This document shows positions 17,101-30,583 of a DNA stretch of 64,000 nucleotides, piece after piece (position 1 is the first letter of the stretch; every line of letters begins with the position of its first letter). The stretch covers positions 186,001 to 250,000 of the forward strand of contig CAXHJY010000523.1 of assembly GCA_964016885.1 (NCBI GenBank), written 5' to 3'. Source of the stretch: Eledone cirrhosa. Taxonomy: Eukaryota. The notes under the pieces were generated by a model, which was not told the origin of the DNA, searched no databases, and was given only the letters and a program-made list of their open reading frames with translations. Position numbers and translations under genes: made by a program.

Positions 17101-20100
17101 CAGTAAGACACACACACACAGGCTGAATATCCACAGGGACACAAGCTGACAGTAAGACACACACACACAGGCTGAATATCCACAGTGACACTAGTTGACA
17201 GTAAGACACACACACACACAGACTGAATATCCACAGTGACACTAGTTGACAGTAAGACACACACACACAGGCTGAATATCCACAGTGACACTAGTTGACA
17301 GTAAGACACACACACACAGGTTGAATATCCACAGTGACACTAGTTGACAGTAAGACACACACACACAGGCTGAATATCCACAGTGACACTAGTTGACAGT
17401 AAGACACACACACACAGGCTGAATATCCACAGTGACACTAGTTGACAGTAAGACACACACACACAGGTTGAATATCCACAGTGACACTAGCTGACTATAA
17501 GACACACACAGGCTGAATATCCAGTGACACTATTTGACAGTAAGACACACACACACAGGCTTAATATCAACAGTGACACTAGTTGACAGTAAGACACACA
17601 CACACAGGCTGAATAACCACATTGACACTAGTTGACTGTATCACACAAACACAGACTGAATATCCACAGTGACACTAGTTGACAGTAAGACACACACACA
17701 CTCAGGCTGAATATCCACACTGACACTAGTTGATAGTAAGACACACACACACACAGGATGAATATCCACAGTGACACTAGTTGACAGTAAGACACACGCA
17801 CACACAGGCTGAATAACCACAGTGACACTAGTTGACAGTAAGACACACACACACACAGGATGAATATCCACAGTGACACTAGTTGACAGTAAGACACACA
17901 CACACAGGCTGAATATCCACAGTGACACTAGTTGACAGTAAGACACACACACACAGGCTGAATATCAACAGTGACACTAGTTGACAGTAAGACACACACA
18001 CACACAGGCTGAATAACCACAGTGACACTAGTTGACAGTAAGACACACACAGGCTGAATATCCACAGTGACACTAGTTGACAGTAAGAAACACACACACA
18101 CAGGCTGAATATCCACAGTGACACTAATTGACAGTAAGACACACGCACATAGGCTGAATAACCACAGTGACACTAGTTGTGAGTAAGACACACACACACA
18201 GGCTGAATATCCACAGTGACACTAGTTGACAGTAAGACACACACACACAGGCTGAATATCCAGAATGACACTAGTTGACAGTAAGACACACACACACACA
18301 CACACACACAGGCTGAATATCCACAGTGACACTAGTTGACAGTAAGACACACAATTACACACACAGGCTGAATATCCACAGTGACACTAGTTGACAGTAA
18401 GACACACACACACAGGCTGAATATCCAGAATGACACTAGTTGACAGTAAGACACACACACACACACACACACACACGCAGACTGAATATCCACAGTAACA
18501 CTAGTTGACAGTAAGACACACCCAGGCTGAATATCCACAGTGACACTAGTTGACAGTAAGACACACACACACAGGCTGAATATCCACAGTGACACAAGCT
18601 GACAGTAAGACACACACACACAGGCTGAATATCCACAGTGACACTAGTTGACAGTAAGACACACACACACAGACTGAATATCCACAGTGACACTAGTTGA
18701 CCGTAAGGCACACACACACAGGCTGAATATCCACAGTGACACTAGTTGACCGTAAGACACACACACACAGGCTGAATATCCACAGTGACACTAGTTGACA
18801 CTAAGACACACACACACAGGTTGAATATCCACAGTGACACTAGTTGACAGTAAGACACACACACACAGACTGAATATCCACAGTGACACTAGCTGACTGT
18901 AAGACACACACAGGCTGAATATCCAGTGACACTAGTTGACAGTAAGACACACACACACAGGCTTAATATCAACAGTGACACTAGTTGACAGTAAGACACA
19001 CACACACAGGCTGAATAACCACATTGACACTAGTTGACTGTATCACACACATACGGGCTGAATATACACAGTGACACTAGTTGACAGTAAGACACACACA
19101 CACTCAGGCTGAATATCCACACTGACACTAGTTGACAGTAAGACACACACATACACAGGCTGAATAACCACAGTGACACTAGTTGACAGTAAGACACACA
19201 CACACACAGGCTGAATATCCACAGTGACACTAGTTGACAGTAAGAAACACACACACACAGGCTGAATATCCACAGTGACACTAGTTGACAGTAAGACACA
19301 CACACACACAGGCTGAATATCCACAGTGACACTAGTTGACAGTAAGAAACAGACACACACAGGCTGAATATCCACAGTGACACTGGTTGACAGCAAGACA
19401 TACACAGGCTGAATATCCACAGTGACACTAGTTGACAGTAAGACACACACACAGGCTGAATATCCACAGTGACACTGGTTGACAGCAAGACACACACAGG
19501 CTGAATATCCACAGTGACACTAGTTGACGGTAAGACACACACACAGACTGAATATCCACAGTGACACTAGTTGACAGTAAGACACACACAGGCTGAATAT
19601 CCACAGTGACACTAGTTGACAGTAAGACACACACAGGCTGAATATCCACAGTGACACTAGTTGACAGTAAGACACACACACACACACAGGCTGAATATCC
19701 ACAGTGACACTAGTTGACAGTAAGACACACACAGGCTGAATATCCACAGTGACACTAGTTGACAGTAAGACACACACACACACAGGCTGAATATCCACAG
19801 TGACACTAGTTGACAGTAAGACACACACACAGCCTGAATATCCACAGTGACACTAGTTGACAGTAAGACACACACACACACAGGCTGAATATCCACAGTG
19901 ACACTAGTTGACAGTAAGACACACACAGGCTGAATATCCACAGTGACACTAGTTGACAGTAAGACACACACACACACAGGCTGAATATCCACAGTGACAC
20001 TAGTTGACAGTAAGACACACACACAGCCTGAATATCCACAGTGACACTAGTTGACAGTAAGACACACACACACACAGGCTGAATATCCACAGTGACACTA

Positions 20101-21055
20101 GTTGACAGTAAGACACACACACACACAGGCTGAATATCCACAGTGACATTAGTTGACAGTAAGAAACTCACACACACAGGCTGAATATACACAGTGACAC
20201 AAGTTGACAGTAAGACACACACAGGTTGAATATCCACAGTGACACTAGTTGACAGTAAGACACACACACACACAGGCTGAATATCCACAGTGACACTAGT
20301 TGACAGTAAGACACACACAGGCTGAATATCCACAGTGACACAAGTTGACAGTAAGACACTCACACACACAGGCTGAATATTCACAGTGACACAAGTTGAC
20401 AGTAAGACACACACACACACAGGCTGAATATCCACAGTGACACTAGTTGATAGTAAGACACACACACACACAGGCTGAATATCCACAGTGACACTAGTTG
20501 ACAGTAAGACACTCACACACACAGGCTCAATATCCACAGTGACACAAGTTGACAGTAAGACACACACAGGCTGAATATCCAGTGACACTAGTTGACAGTA
20601 AGACACACACACACACAGGCTGAATATCCACAGTGACACTAGTTGACAGTAAGACACTCACACACACAGGCTGAATAGCCACAGTGACACAAGTTGACAG
20701 TAAGACACACACAGGTTGAATATCTACAGTGACACTAATTGACAGTAAGACACACACACAGACTGAATATCCAGTGACACTAGCTGACAGTAAGACACAC
20801 ACACACAGACTGAGTATTCACAGTGACACTAGTTGACAGTATGACACACAGAGTCTGAATATCCACAGTGACACTAGTTGACAGTAAGACACACACACAC
20901 AGGCTGAATATCAACAGTGACACTAGTTGACAGTAAGACACACACACACAGGCTGAATATCCACAGTGATACTAGTTGACAGTGAGAGAGAGAGAGAGAG
21001 AGAGAGGGTGAATATCCACAGTGACACTAGTTGACTGTATCACACACACACAGGC
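1..21055. repeat. Satellite array: monomer GGCTGAATATCCACAGTGACACTAGTTGACAGTAAGA (37 bp) + (CA)n, usually 45-55 bp; continues off the left edge
   Basis: Several hundred tandem copies read directly. Recurrent variants include AATAACCAC, AATATCAAC, GACTGTATCA and a 2-bp-deleted ATATCCAGTG. The last units decay, with (CA)n replaced by (GA)n at ~20984-21006. Confidence 0.99.
7970..17700. repeat. ~3.3-kb higher-order repeat, about 3 copies, within the satellite
   Basis: The rare variant CCACAGGGAC recurs at 10533/13832/17131 (spacing 3299). AACCATATTG recurs at 9045/12342/15641 (3297, 3299). Identical ORFs recur at the same offsets. Confidence 0.95.
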
Positions 21056-21774
21056 CAAATATGTAACCATGTATTTCAATGACTGTGGTTGAGATTATGT
21101 ATTGAACAGTTGTTTCTGTAGAAAAAATTGCTCCTATGGGATTGGTTAATCAGGAATTATTGCAGCAGATTTCACAATATTAATTAGTTTGCTCCTTTAT
21201 TAAGGTTTTAGTAAGATCATCTGATCCCACAGGAATAGCAAATTAGGCATAGGCAATCTGAAGTACATGGTCAATCTGCAGCTCTTCAAGACAGTGTCTA
21301 TGGTATGCAAAGTGTCATGATCTTATTAACAACTTTTTCATACTAAATTCAAAACCAGTTTCTTTTTCTATTTTATTGTTATATAAACCAAATATGAATT
21401 TTTTTTTCTTTTAAATATTTTTAGGATTACTTATTGTAATATAAGATGTAGTTTGTGCTACATATAATTTCTGTGACAATATTCTTTTCGTAATGTGACC
21501 TGATTTATGACGAGCAATATCTCCTGAGGCCTGCTAAGAGAAAGGTACATTCAACCTGTTAGAAATAGTAGCCAGATCTCCGTGGAATCCCACCTTATCT
21601 TCTTACAAAGAGAGTGTGACGCTAAATGAATCATGGTTAGGAAAAAAATAAGATGGTGTTGGTTGAAATGCCTTTGATGGTGAGTTTTCTGAATCAGAGA
21701 TTACTTAGATACTTAGATCTAAACATCAACTTGAAGCTAAAAATATTGTTAGACATTGATTTGGGACAGAATGA

Positions 21775-21777
<3 letters not shown>

Positions 21778-21870
<93 letters not shown>
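21778..21870. repeat. (TG)n(TA)n compound microsatellite
   Basis: Read directly. Confidence 0.98.
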
Positions 21871-22640
21871 GAAGATAACCTGTGGATGTCCTTAAACCCA
21901 TGGTCAAGACTTTGATAGAAGGCACTGATGCTGTAGCTGCTGCTGAAGTTAGGACACTAGTAATGAAGCAGAATATGTGATGTGTCCATCACCATGTCCA
22001 ACACAAGTACAATTTGTAGTTGATAGATGATGATGACAATGATGATGATGACGATGATGATGATAATATAAGATACAGAAATGGACAATGTTAAAGTTGC
22101 AAATTGGTAGAATTATTGAAGCATTGGGTTAAATGTTTTATGGTGTTTATTCCAGATCTCTGCCCTCTGAGTTCAAATCCCATTGATGTCAACTTTGTTT
22201 GTCATCCTTTCTATGAATAAAGTTGATAAGGGGTAGTGGATTGTTGGAATTGTTACAACATTGAATGTAATGTTATGTGGTAACTCTTTCAGCCCTTTGC
22301 ATCCTGAATACACATATGATGTCACTGATGTCAAGCTGGATTGACCTTTGCTTTCTCTTGGACAACATCAGTGGCATATAGACTGGGAGACATGCATGCA
22401 TGGATGTGTGCTGGATTTCCATTATAACAAACACTGAAAAACCTTGTCCAGACCTGTGTTCTGAAGAGTAGCTTTTCTGGTGCAGATCCATGGTCTCACA
22501 AGATATACTTACTTAGGTTAGGCTCCCAGCCAGGCCAAAATAACTTTTGTCATGTTGACCTTTCAATACTAATACTAACAGAGGCTGAATACTCCTCCCA
22601 TGGATTGCAGTTTCTCCCTAACAGAGACAGATTCCCATTG

Positions 22641-22849
22641 TACGAGGTTGGCTGAAAAGTTCATAGGCTGATTATGAAAGAGTCATGCTAGGGCTGTGAA
22701 ATCTTGCATGCATTAATTTCATCTCTCAACTCTTCTTATTAATAACTGCATTTTTCTTTCCAGGGACCATGTTGAAAAATAAACCACATTTAGTCATTTC
22801 ATGAGAGTATCCTGGTCAGCATATGAACTTTTCAGCCAACCCTCATGTA
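22641..22849. mobile_element. Tc1/mariner-type MITE
   Basis: Terminal inverted repeats TACGAGGTTGGCTGAAAAGTTCATAGGCTGA ... TCAGCATATGAACTTTTCAGCCAACCCTCA; TA at the ends; non-coding interior. Confidence 0.8.
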
Positions 22850-23445
22850 TATCCTAGCAACAGCTAACAAAGCAGAAGATGCAATGATCCAAGACATAAG
22901 TCTCCCAAGCATGTCACTTCTACATACCAATCTCCTGCAATATAGAGATGGGATTTTTGTTGTAGTAGTTTAGTCCTCTAAATGAGTGTGCCCCTGGTGA
23001 GGGTGGCATTAAGGTTCTATATTTTACCAAAGGACAACCTGTGTTTGGTCTGACTATCTACCACTTGGAGATTCGATACAACTCCAGATCTATTTAATTC
23101 ATAGATGGGACTCTAATAAGTATTACCACTGCATGTCAGAATAGACATTATCTTGTCAAACTAAAGACACATCACTAGATATAGAGACCCCAGATAAATA
23201 GATAATGTGATACTGTATACAAGAGAAACACACTCTTTCTCTTATTCTTTTCTCCCTTTATTTATTTCTTTTTCTCCTTGCCCATTTATTTATTTCACTC
23301 ATTCTCTTGTTTTTAATCTAAATTTCAAACTCCATTCTCAATTTTTGATTAACAGCCAGGCAGACAGACTGTCAGTGGCAGTGGGAGGTTGGTACAACAT
23401 AACTGGATGGACATATAGATAGACAGTTGTCACTAGGTAGATATA

Positions 23446-23523
23446 CAGGGTGTCCACAAAGTCATTAGACAATTTTATACAAATATATATATAAAATTGT
23501 CTGGTGACTTTGTGGACATCCTG
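23446..23523. mobile_element. 78-bp palindromic Tc1/mariner-type MITE
   Basis: TA|CAGGGTGTCCACAAAGTCATTAGACAATTTTATA ... TATAAAATTGTCTGGTGACTTTGTGGACATCCTG|TA; TA target duplication. Confidence 0.85.
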
Positions 23524-23540
23524 TAAATGTAGTGTTTAGG

Positions 23541-23727
23541 AATAATTGTTTCTAATTTTTGGCACAAGGCCAGCAATTCACCAGTAGATTACTGGTACTT
23601 TATTTTATCGACCCCGTAAGGATGAAAGGCAAAGTTGACGTTGGCGGGATTTGAAATCAGAATGGAAAGGGCCGTAACTCTATGCGTCAAAGCATGACGT
23701 CCGACCCTCTACCGATACTGCCAATCC
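23541..23727 (-). mobile_element. tRNA-derived SINE, family 1
   Basis: Reverse complement of the family consensus: head TGGCAGTATCGGTAG, B-box GTTCAAATCC-like, core GCCTTTCATCCTTACGGGGTCGATAAAATAAAGTACCAG, tail GAAACAATTA. Confidence 0.9.
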
Positions 23728-24654
23728 TAATGCTATGTGCTAGAGGTGATGGAGATAGTTATGGTAATGATGTAGAGTCTGACTAGGGAGGAAGCAATTA
23801 ATAGATAAGACTCCCTAGAGTGGTGTTTAAAATCTAAAAAAAACAAAAACAAGAGAGATAACTCCAATAAGATCAGTTAATTGAAAATTAGCCACTATAG
23901 ATGAGGGGGGGGGGGGATCTGGTCTTTATAGCTAACTGGTAAAAAAAAACAACAGATGTATTTCATAAAGAAAATTAACTTGAATATCGAGTTTTGAGAC
24001 GTGTATTAGAATTCGTAGGAAAATGGAAAAACCCAACACCGTTTCGATGGTATTTTGCTGTTTTTAACAGCATCCTTATACTGAGTTTTTCCATTTTCCA
24101 ACGAGATGTAATGTCTTATTAGTCCTCATTGAAGGACAACTAAGACTGATCACTTAATCTTGTCACCAAATGAGATAGTACTTTGCTGAACAGATCTAAG
24201 ACTGAAACATGTCTATTGCTTGTATCAACTGACTTTAAAGACCTTATTCATTGCAATCTGTATTTTCCACTTTGCTCAAAAATGTTGATCAACATTAATC
24301 TAACTGGAGTTATCTTACATCTTTTTTAGATCTTAAGCATTTCCTTCAGGGAGTTTTTGCCAACTAATTGCTGTGATAAAAACATATTTCAGTTGATCAA
24401 ATTTGTTCAACTTACTATATGACATATGTGAGACCCTACTGTATTTTTATTTAGTATGCAGAATACCCCTTCCCCCTCGTTGCGTTCCTTGCCTACATTT
24501 AATGTATTTTGCCCCTAAACCATATATTGTAACTAGGAAGCTGGTGGCAATGATACCCACCCCTTTTCAAACTAGCAGAATGGAATCATCTATCAAAAGT
24601 TTCTGTTATCAACAGTCAGAATAAACCAAACATGTCTTAGAGGGGTGGGGGCAG

Positions 24655-24995
24655 TGAAAGAAAGAAGCAATAAGATAGAGAGAGGTAATGAGAGAGAGAG
24701 ACAGACAATAAATGAGAGTGAGGCAGTAAGAAAGAAGCAATAAGGGAGATAGGCAGTGAGAGAAGTGTAATAAGAGAAAGAGGCAGTAATAAAGAGAGAG
24801 ACAGGCAGTGAGAGAAAGGCAATAAGATAGAGAGAGGTAATGGGAGAGAAAGAGACAATAAAAGAGAGAGGGGCAATGAGAGTGAGGCAATGAGAGGGAG
24901 GCAGTAAGAAAGAAGCAATAAGAGGGAGAGGCAGTGAGAGAAATGTAATAAGAGAGAGAAAGAGGTAGTAAGAGAGAGAGAGAGAGAGACAGTGA
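24655..24995. repeat. Degenerate purine-rich tandem repeat (AAAGAAGCAATAAG / GAGAGGCAGTGAGAG units)
   Basis: Read directly. Confidence 0.8.
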
Positions 24996-25212
24996 GGTAA
25001 AAGTTCTACAAATGTTTCTTTCCCCCCTTCTTTGCTTCTATGGTCTTCTCTTCCTCCAACTACCACACAAGGAAAATACATCAACTGAAGAAATATGATG
25101 TGGCTGGTTGCTATAGAAAAGCTTTGAGGAGAAGATAGAGGAGGAAAGATAGGCAGGGGTGAGGGGGAAGAGAAAGTAAAAGACAGGGAGCAAAGAGAAA
25201 CATCAGCAGCAA

Positions 25213-25213
25213 C

Positions 25214-25246
<33 letters not shown>

Positions 25247-25340
25247 GGTGGTGGTGGTGGTGGTGGTGGTGGTAGTGGTGGTAGTAGTAGTGGTGGTGGT
25301 GGTGGTGGCTTTGGTAGTAGTAGTAGTAGTGGGGGTGGGG
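25213..25340. repeat. (GTA)n/(GTG)n microsatellite
   Basis: Read directly. Confidence 0.95.
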
Positions 25341-25839
25341 TTAGTTATTGTAAGAGGTGGAAAGGGAAGAGATTCAGAGGTAGGGAAGGAAGAGAAGAAG
25401 AGAAAAAGTAAACAAATAATAACAAAAAGAAAAGAAAAAAAAGTTAAACCTAACAGCCACTGAAAGTAGAAAAAGAGAAAAAGACATCATCATCATCATT
25501 ATCGTTGTCTTTAAATTATATCTATTTATTATCTCCACCATCTTCATTACTATCATCTTCAGCAACTTTACAGCCACTGATGCTATCATCATCATCATCC
25601 TCATTACCACTGCTTTTATTGGCACCATCATCATTCCCATCAACCTCAGTACCACTACCATAACCACCATCATCATTCCCATCAACCTCAGTACCACTAC
25701 CATAACCATCATCATCATCAACAACATCTTTCATCAGCATAGAACTTCATCATCAGCAGAATTTTGTTCCTTTATTTCTACAACCAGCTGCACTGCTGCC
25801 CACCCTACCCACCTACTCCTCACTACCCTCACTACCACC

Positions 25840-26290
25840 ATCACCACCAACACCTCCACTACACCAAAACTACCACCAACACCAAAACTACCACCAACAT
25901 CAACACCTCCACTACACCAAAACTACCACCAACACCAAAACTACCACTACACCAAAACTACCACCAACATCAACACCTCCACTACACCAAAACTACCACC
26001 AACATCAACACCTCCACTACACCAAAACTATCACCAACACCAACACCTCCAAAACTACCACCAACATCAACACCTCCACTACACCAAAACTACCACCTTC
26101 ACCAACACATCAAAACTACCACCAACACCACTACACTAAAACTACCACCTACACCAACACCACTACACTAAAACTACCACCTACACCAACACCACTACAC
26201 TAAAACTACCACCTACACCAACACCACTACACCAAAACTACCACCTACACCAACACCACATCAAAACTACCACCATCACCACAACTACCA
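25840..26290. repeat. AC-rich minisatellite (~30-36-bp units, CCACTACACCAAAACTACCACC core)
   Basis: Read directly; three near-identical 30-bp units at ~26130-26250. Confidence 0.9.
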
Positions 26291-27094
26291 CATCCATCAC
26301 TACCTCTAACTATAGCAACAATACCAGTAGTACCTCCTCTATAAACACTACCATTTGTAACAATACCAACAGCATCATCACTATCATCCCCAACCACTAC
26401 AACTAGAAGGTAGAACCACCAATATGATTCTACTCTGGTCTGTAAGTGAAGTGAGAAAAAGTTTGGACATAGCAATAACTTAACTGTGAAGAAGTAAAAG
26501 TAGAAGAAAGTAAAAGAAAGAAAAAGAAAGAAAAAGAAAAAGAAGAAAAAGAAGAAGAAAAGGAAGAAGAAGAAAAAGAAGAGGCGGAGGGAAGGAGGAG
26601 GGGTGATAGAGTGCGAGGGAAAGTTGTCTGAATAACAGACAACAACAACTTTTATCAGCAACTTATTCCAATTTGGAAGTTGAGGGAGAGAAAAAGAGAA
26701 ACAAAGTTTGAAGTCTAAACCCCTCTCCACCATCACCACCACACCCACCACTCCCACCATCACTCCCACCACCATTACTACTACTACTATTAGAAAAAGT
26801 CTCTCCCTCTCTCTAATGAGTGGTCCCAATCAAAAAAAGAGTGCTTGTGACTGGACTGTGATATTTTACCCTAACCCTACTGGTCACTCATAAGCTGGTC
26901 AGCCTTTGTTTTAGCTGCTGGTCAGTTAAGTTGCCCCTGGATAAATATACAGTGTTTATAAAGAGTTTGGACTTGTGATTACATTTATCAAGGTAAGTGA
27001 TTGATATACAAGTATTTTAATTTGCATTCTATTCACAACTACTAAAAGATCATTCAGTTAATGGTTTAAATGTTTTAAGTACTGTCTCTTCTAC

Positions 27095-27290
27095 TTATTT
27101 CTGAGAGGGTCATCCTAAAACACTCCTTCCAACAGGTCCTGTCAGAAGCAACTGTCTCCAACTGATCCGGCTGGATCCCCAAGCGAGACCAGCTAAGCTC
27201 ATGGATTGTATCGAATAATCCTGCCCGGGTCTACTCCTGGGTCTCCTGCCGGCTGGTTTTGCTTGTAAAATCTGTCCAGCTTCTTTCCTT
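27095..27290 (-). mobile_element. Decayed 3' fragment of an RTE-clade LINE
   Basis: Manual minus-strand translation gives GQILQAKPAGRRPRSRP, then a frameshift, then DTIHELSWSRLGIQPDQLETVASDRTCWK. This matches the RTE C-terminal pattern GxRPRGRP...W...A.DR..W. Confidence 0.7.
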
Positions 27291-27766
27291 TTAAGTACTG
27301 TGGTATTTTAAATACTCAGCCTAATATGTTCTATTTTGTTTTCTATGTTATGTTGTTTTTTATTTGTGTGAAAGTATGTGTTTATATTGATCGATGTGTT
27401 ATGGGTGTGTGTATGAAGATATGTTTTTATATGTGTATTTGAAATTTGAAATTATAGTTATTTCAAGTACATAATGATAACTACAAATATATATAATACG
27501 TGCATCTGTATATGTTTGTTTGTGTTAGGTCTGTGATAAATGTATGAGTTGGCATTGAAAGTTATTCTGATAATTGTATTTGTATACTAATGCATATGCA
27601 GGTAGATAGATAGATAGATCTGGCTACACAAATGGGAGGAACAAAACTCAATATATTAGTAGTAAATTGTGCTTTATTATTGCTGTGAAACCGGTGACTC
27701 AAGGGTCTGCAGTTTCATGCTAGGAATCACTTAATCAAACTTAGTGTAGCTTCACAGCTATAATAT

Positions 27767-27928
27767 TAATTGTTTCTACTTTAGGCACAAGGCCAGCAAT
27801 TTTGAGGAAAGGAAAAATCGATTAAATCGACCCCAGTGCATAACTAGTGCTTTATTTATCAACCCTATAAGGATGAAAGGCAAAGTTAACCTCGGCGTTT
27901 CATCCTTACGGGGTCACTAAAGCACCAT
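27767..27928 (-). mobile_element. SINE family 1 3' half, ending in an inverted copy of its own core
   Basis: Minus-strand SINE to 27897, then plus-sense TTTCATCCTTACGGGGTC..TAAAGCACCA. Confidence 0.8.
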
Positions 27929-28160
27929 GGTTTCTTTATTCGCACGCAGAGCTGACATTAAGCAGACAATACAGATGGCACAGGATAATGCTGTATGTGT
28001 TTTTTGTGTAAAAAATGTTTTTAATAAAGACTAAAAAAAAATAAACATTTAAAAAATCAAACATAACAAATTCTCCAAAGAGAGGAGATGTCCGATGGTC
28101 ACTTGTAGAGAAAGCCCACAAAAAAACCATGGTAACACTGACTGCTAGGACAAGTGCCCT

Positions 28161-28560
28161 ATAATAATAATAATAATAATTTCTTTATTTGCGACTTGGA
28201 CCTATATATAGGGGACAATTCAAAAACACAGGGACAGTGGGGGTTTACAATAAAATCGAGTAAAAACAAATTAACAAAAACAATTAAAACAATAAAATTC
28301 CCCAATAAGGGGGAGAACTACCCAGGTGCAACTCAGGTATCCCCACCAATCCTGAACCACCCTACACTTTGAGGGCATTCCTCAAATTATCCAGCCTACA
28401 AGTACACGCTCAGAGTATGCCCATTCACATGGGTCATTCTCGCCACATTCACCCACCTTTTTGGAAATATACTGGAGGGCAGCACTTCTTTCTCCACCCT
28501 CACCTTCCTTTCCAAGTGAAACTTGAAAAAGTTGATGAGAACTTTGCAGAAAGATAAATT
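28161..28560 (-). mobile_element. 5'-truncated Tx1/L1-like LINE 3' end with (ATT)n tail
   Basis: ORF 28396..28641(-) contains LINFFKFHLERKVRVEKEVL...KRWVNVARM, resembling a Tx1/L1 ORF2 C-terminus. It is followed by a 3' UTR, AATAAA and (ATT)n on the minus strand. Clade assigned from memory. Confidence 0.6.
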
Positions 28561-29879
28561 TATGAGCTTGCATTGACAAGTATACTGAAAGTTGTGCATG
28601 TGCATGTGTGTGAAAAAATATATATGTATATATATACACACACATATATATATATTGTGATACTTATGCCCAGGTGGGAGTATTTTGACAGTTGCCTAGA
28701 GTGAGAGTAGTGTGTGTGTGTGTGTTTGTGTATCTAAGACCACACTGGTACATAAGTGCTGCTGATATAAATAGGAGCTACTACCATGATTTATAGATAT
28801 ATAAATATATTTATGATAGATCTATATATAGATCCACCTTTCTCTATAAAGGGACTGCTACATAAAATACTGCACATGTCTATGTTTATATGTTTATCTG
28901 TTATAATCAGCTTATACATTTATTAGTTACAGCAACTGTATAGTTAGTTGTCAAGGTATGTATTAACATAGGCATGGGCATATGATTAAGAAGTTTTACT
29001 TTACATTGATGAAGTCCCAGGTGCAATCCCACTATATTACATCATGGGCAAGTAGTGTCTTTTACCATAACCTCTGGTCAACTCAACTTTTGTGACTAAA
29101 ACTGAGTGAACTACATGAATAATTTAAAGAAGCCTAGTCACATATTGAGTCACACTGATTCTACCCGAGAACTATGTTAACTCTTTTGATACTAAATTGC
29201 CTGAAATTGACCCTGATTCTATGAAACAAAACCTCCCATTTTAAAGGGTTCCTATTTAAATTAACAAACCAATAGACGAATTCAAATGCTGCTGATGTAA
29301 AAAAATACATTAAAATAACTCTGTATTAGGAAATGTTAATGGTGAATTTCCAATAGATCTATCACTAAATCTATAGTGGTTGACATGGAGGGAAGATTGG
29401 CTCCACCAGGATTTGTTTTAAATGCCCTAGAAACGGTGTATGTTAATGCACTGCACCAACACCTCCACCAAAATCTTCCAACATAATTCTTTTAAGTAAG
29501 AACTATTTGTTAAGTTACTATCTTATTAATGAAATAATCACTTTAGTAAATTTCTCAAAATTGTTCATTAATTAATTGAAATAGAGTGAATTTCATTATA
29601 AATACAGTAAAGACAGAGTGAAGGGAGTAAGTGTTTGAAATATTCAGCCATTTAGATGCTCATTCAATGATCAATTCACTGGAATCCTTACTGCCAAAAC
29701 CTACTGAGATCTATTCATGTATTTGTAGGTGTGTATGTATGTAAAAAGACAGTTTCATAAATTGTAGTTATATAAGTATGTATGTGTATGTCAGTTTACA
29801 TGTGTTTACATATGTTTTTTGTTTAGAAATACAGTCCCATCATAATCAACATCATTTTTCTGTTACACACACACACACC

Positions 29880-29925
<46 letters not shown>

Positions 29926-29999
29926 CTCGTGAAGACACACGCACACACACACATATATATAATATACACATATATGCCAAAGCCATGATCAAATGCACC

Positions 30000-30537
30000 T
30001 AGTACACATTGTAAAGTGGTTGATGATAAGAAGGGCATCCAGCTGTAGAAACCAAATCAAGACTGGAATATATGTAAATGAGATGTGAGCCCATAGCTTC
30101 TCTGAGAAGGCAGTAAGTAATTCTAAGTATGTGATGACCTATCCAACCTATACTAGCATAGAAAAATATGAAATGATTTTATATGGGCTTGCAATCGAAA
30201 GGTTGTGAGTTCAATTCTTGGACCGGGTGATGTGTTGTTTACTTGAGCAAGACACTTTATTTCACATTGCTCCAGTTTACTCAGCTGTAGAAATGAGATG
30301 ATAGGACTGGGGTCCCTATCATTCCACTGCAAAGTGGTTGTGGAGGTGCCACGGCAAAAAAGCACCCAGCACTCACTGTAAATGAGGTTGGCGTTAGGAA
30401 GGGCATCCAGCTGTAGAAATCAAGCCAGAATCAGTTCCCGTATGAGCAAGACAAGGTCAGCCGACTGGACACTGCCCACAACAGGACAACCCGTCTAACC
30501 CATGCTAGCGTGGAAGAACAGACGTAAAATGGTGATG

Positions 30538-30583
<46 letters not shown>

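Noticed and set aside
57-20802. Dozens of minus-strand ORFs (CVSYCQLVSLWIFSL / VLLSTSVTVDIQP)
   Set aside because: Translations of the satellite; the frame switches with (CA)n length, so there is no frame conservation.
1-21055. CRISPR-like repeat-spacer appearance
   Set aside because: The spacers are only (CA)n, not unique sequences; there are no cas genes and the context is eukaryotic.
1-21055. CACAGTG (RSS heptamer / Transib end) in nearly every monomer
   Set aside because: No ACAAAAACC-like nonamer at 12 or 23 bp, all copies point one way, and there is no RAG/Transib ORF.
24593-26893. ORFs rich in V, M, T, H, F or L/S
   Set aside because: Translations of microsatellites and low-complexity tracts.
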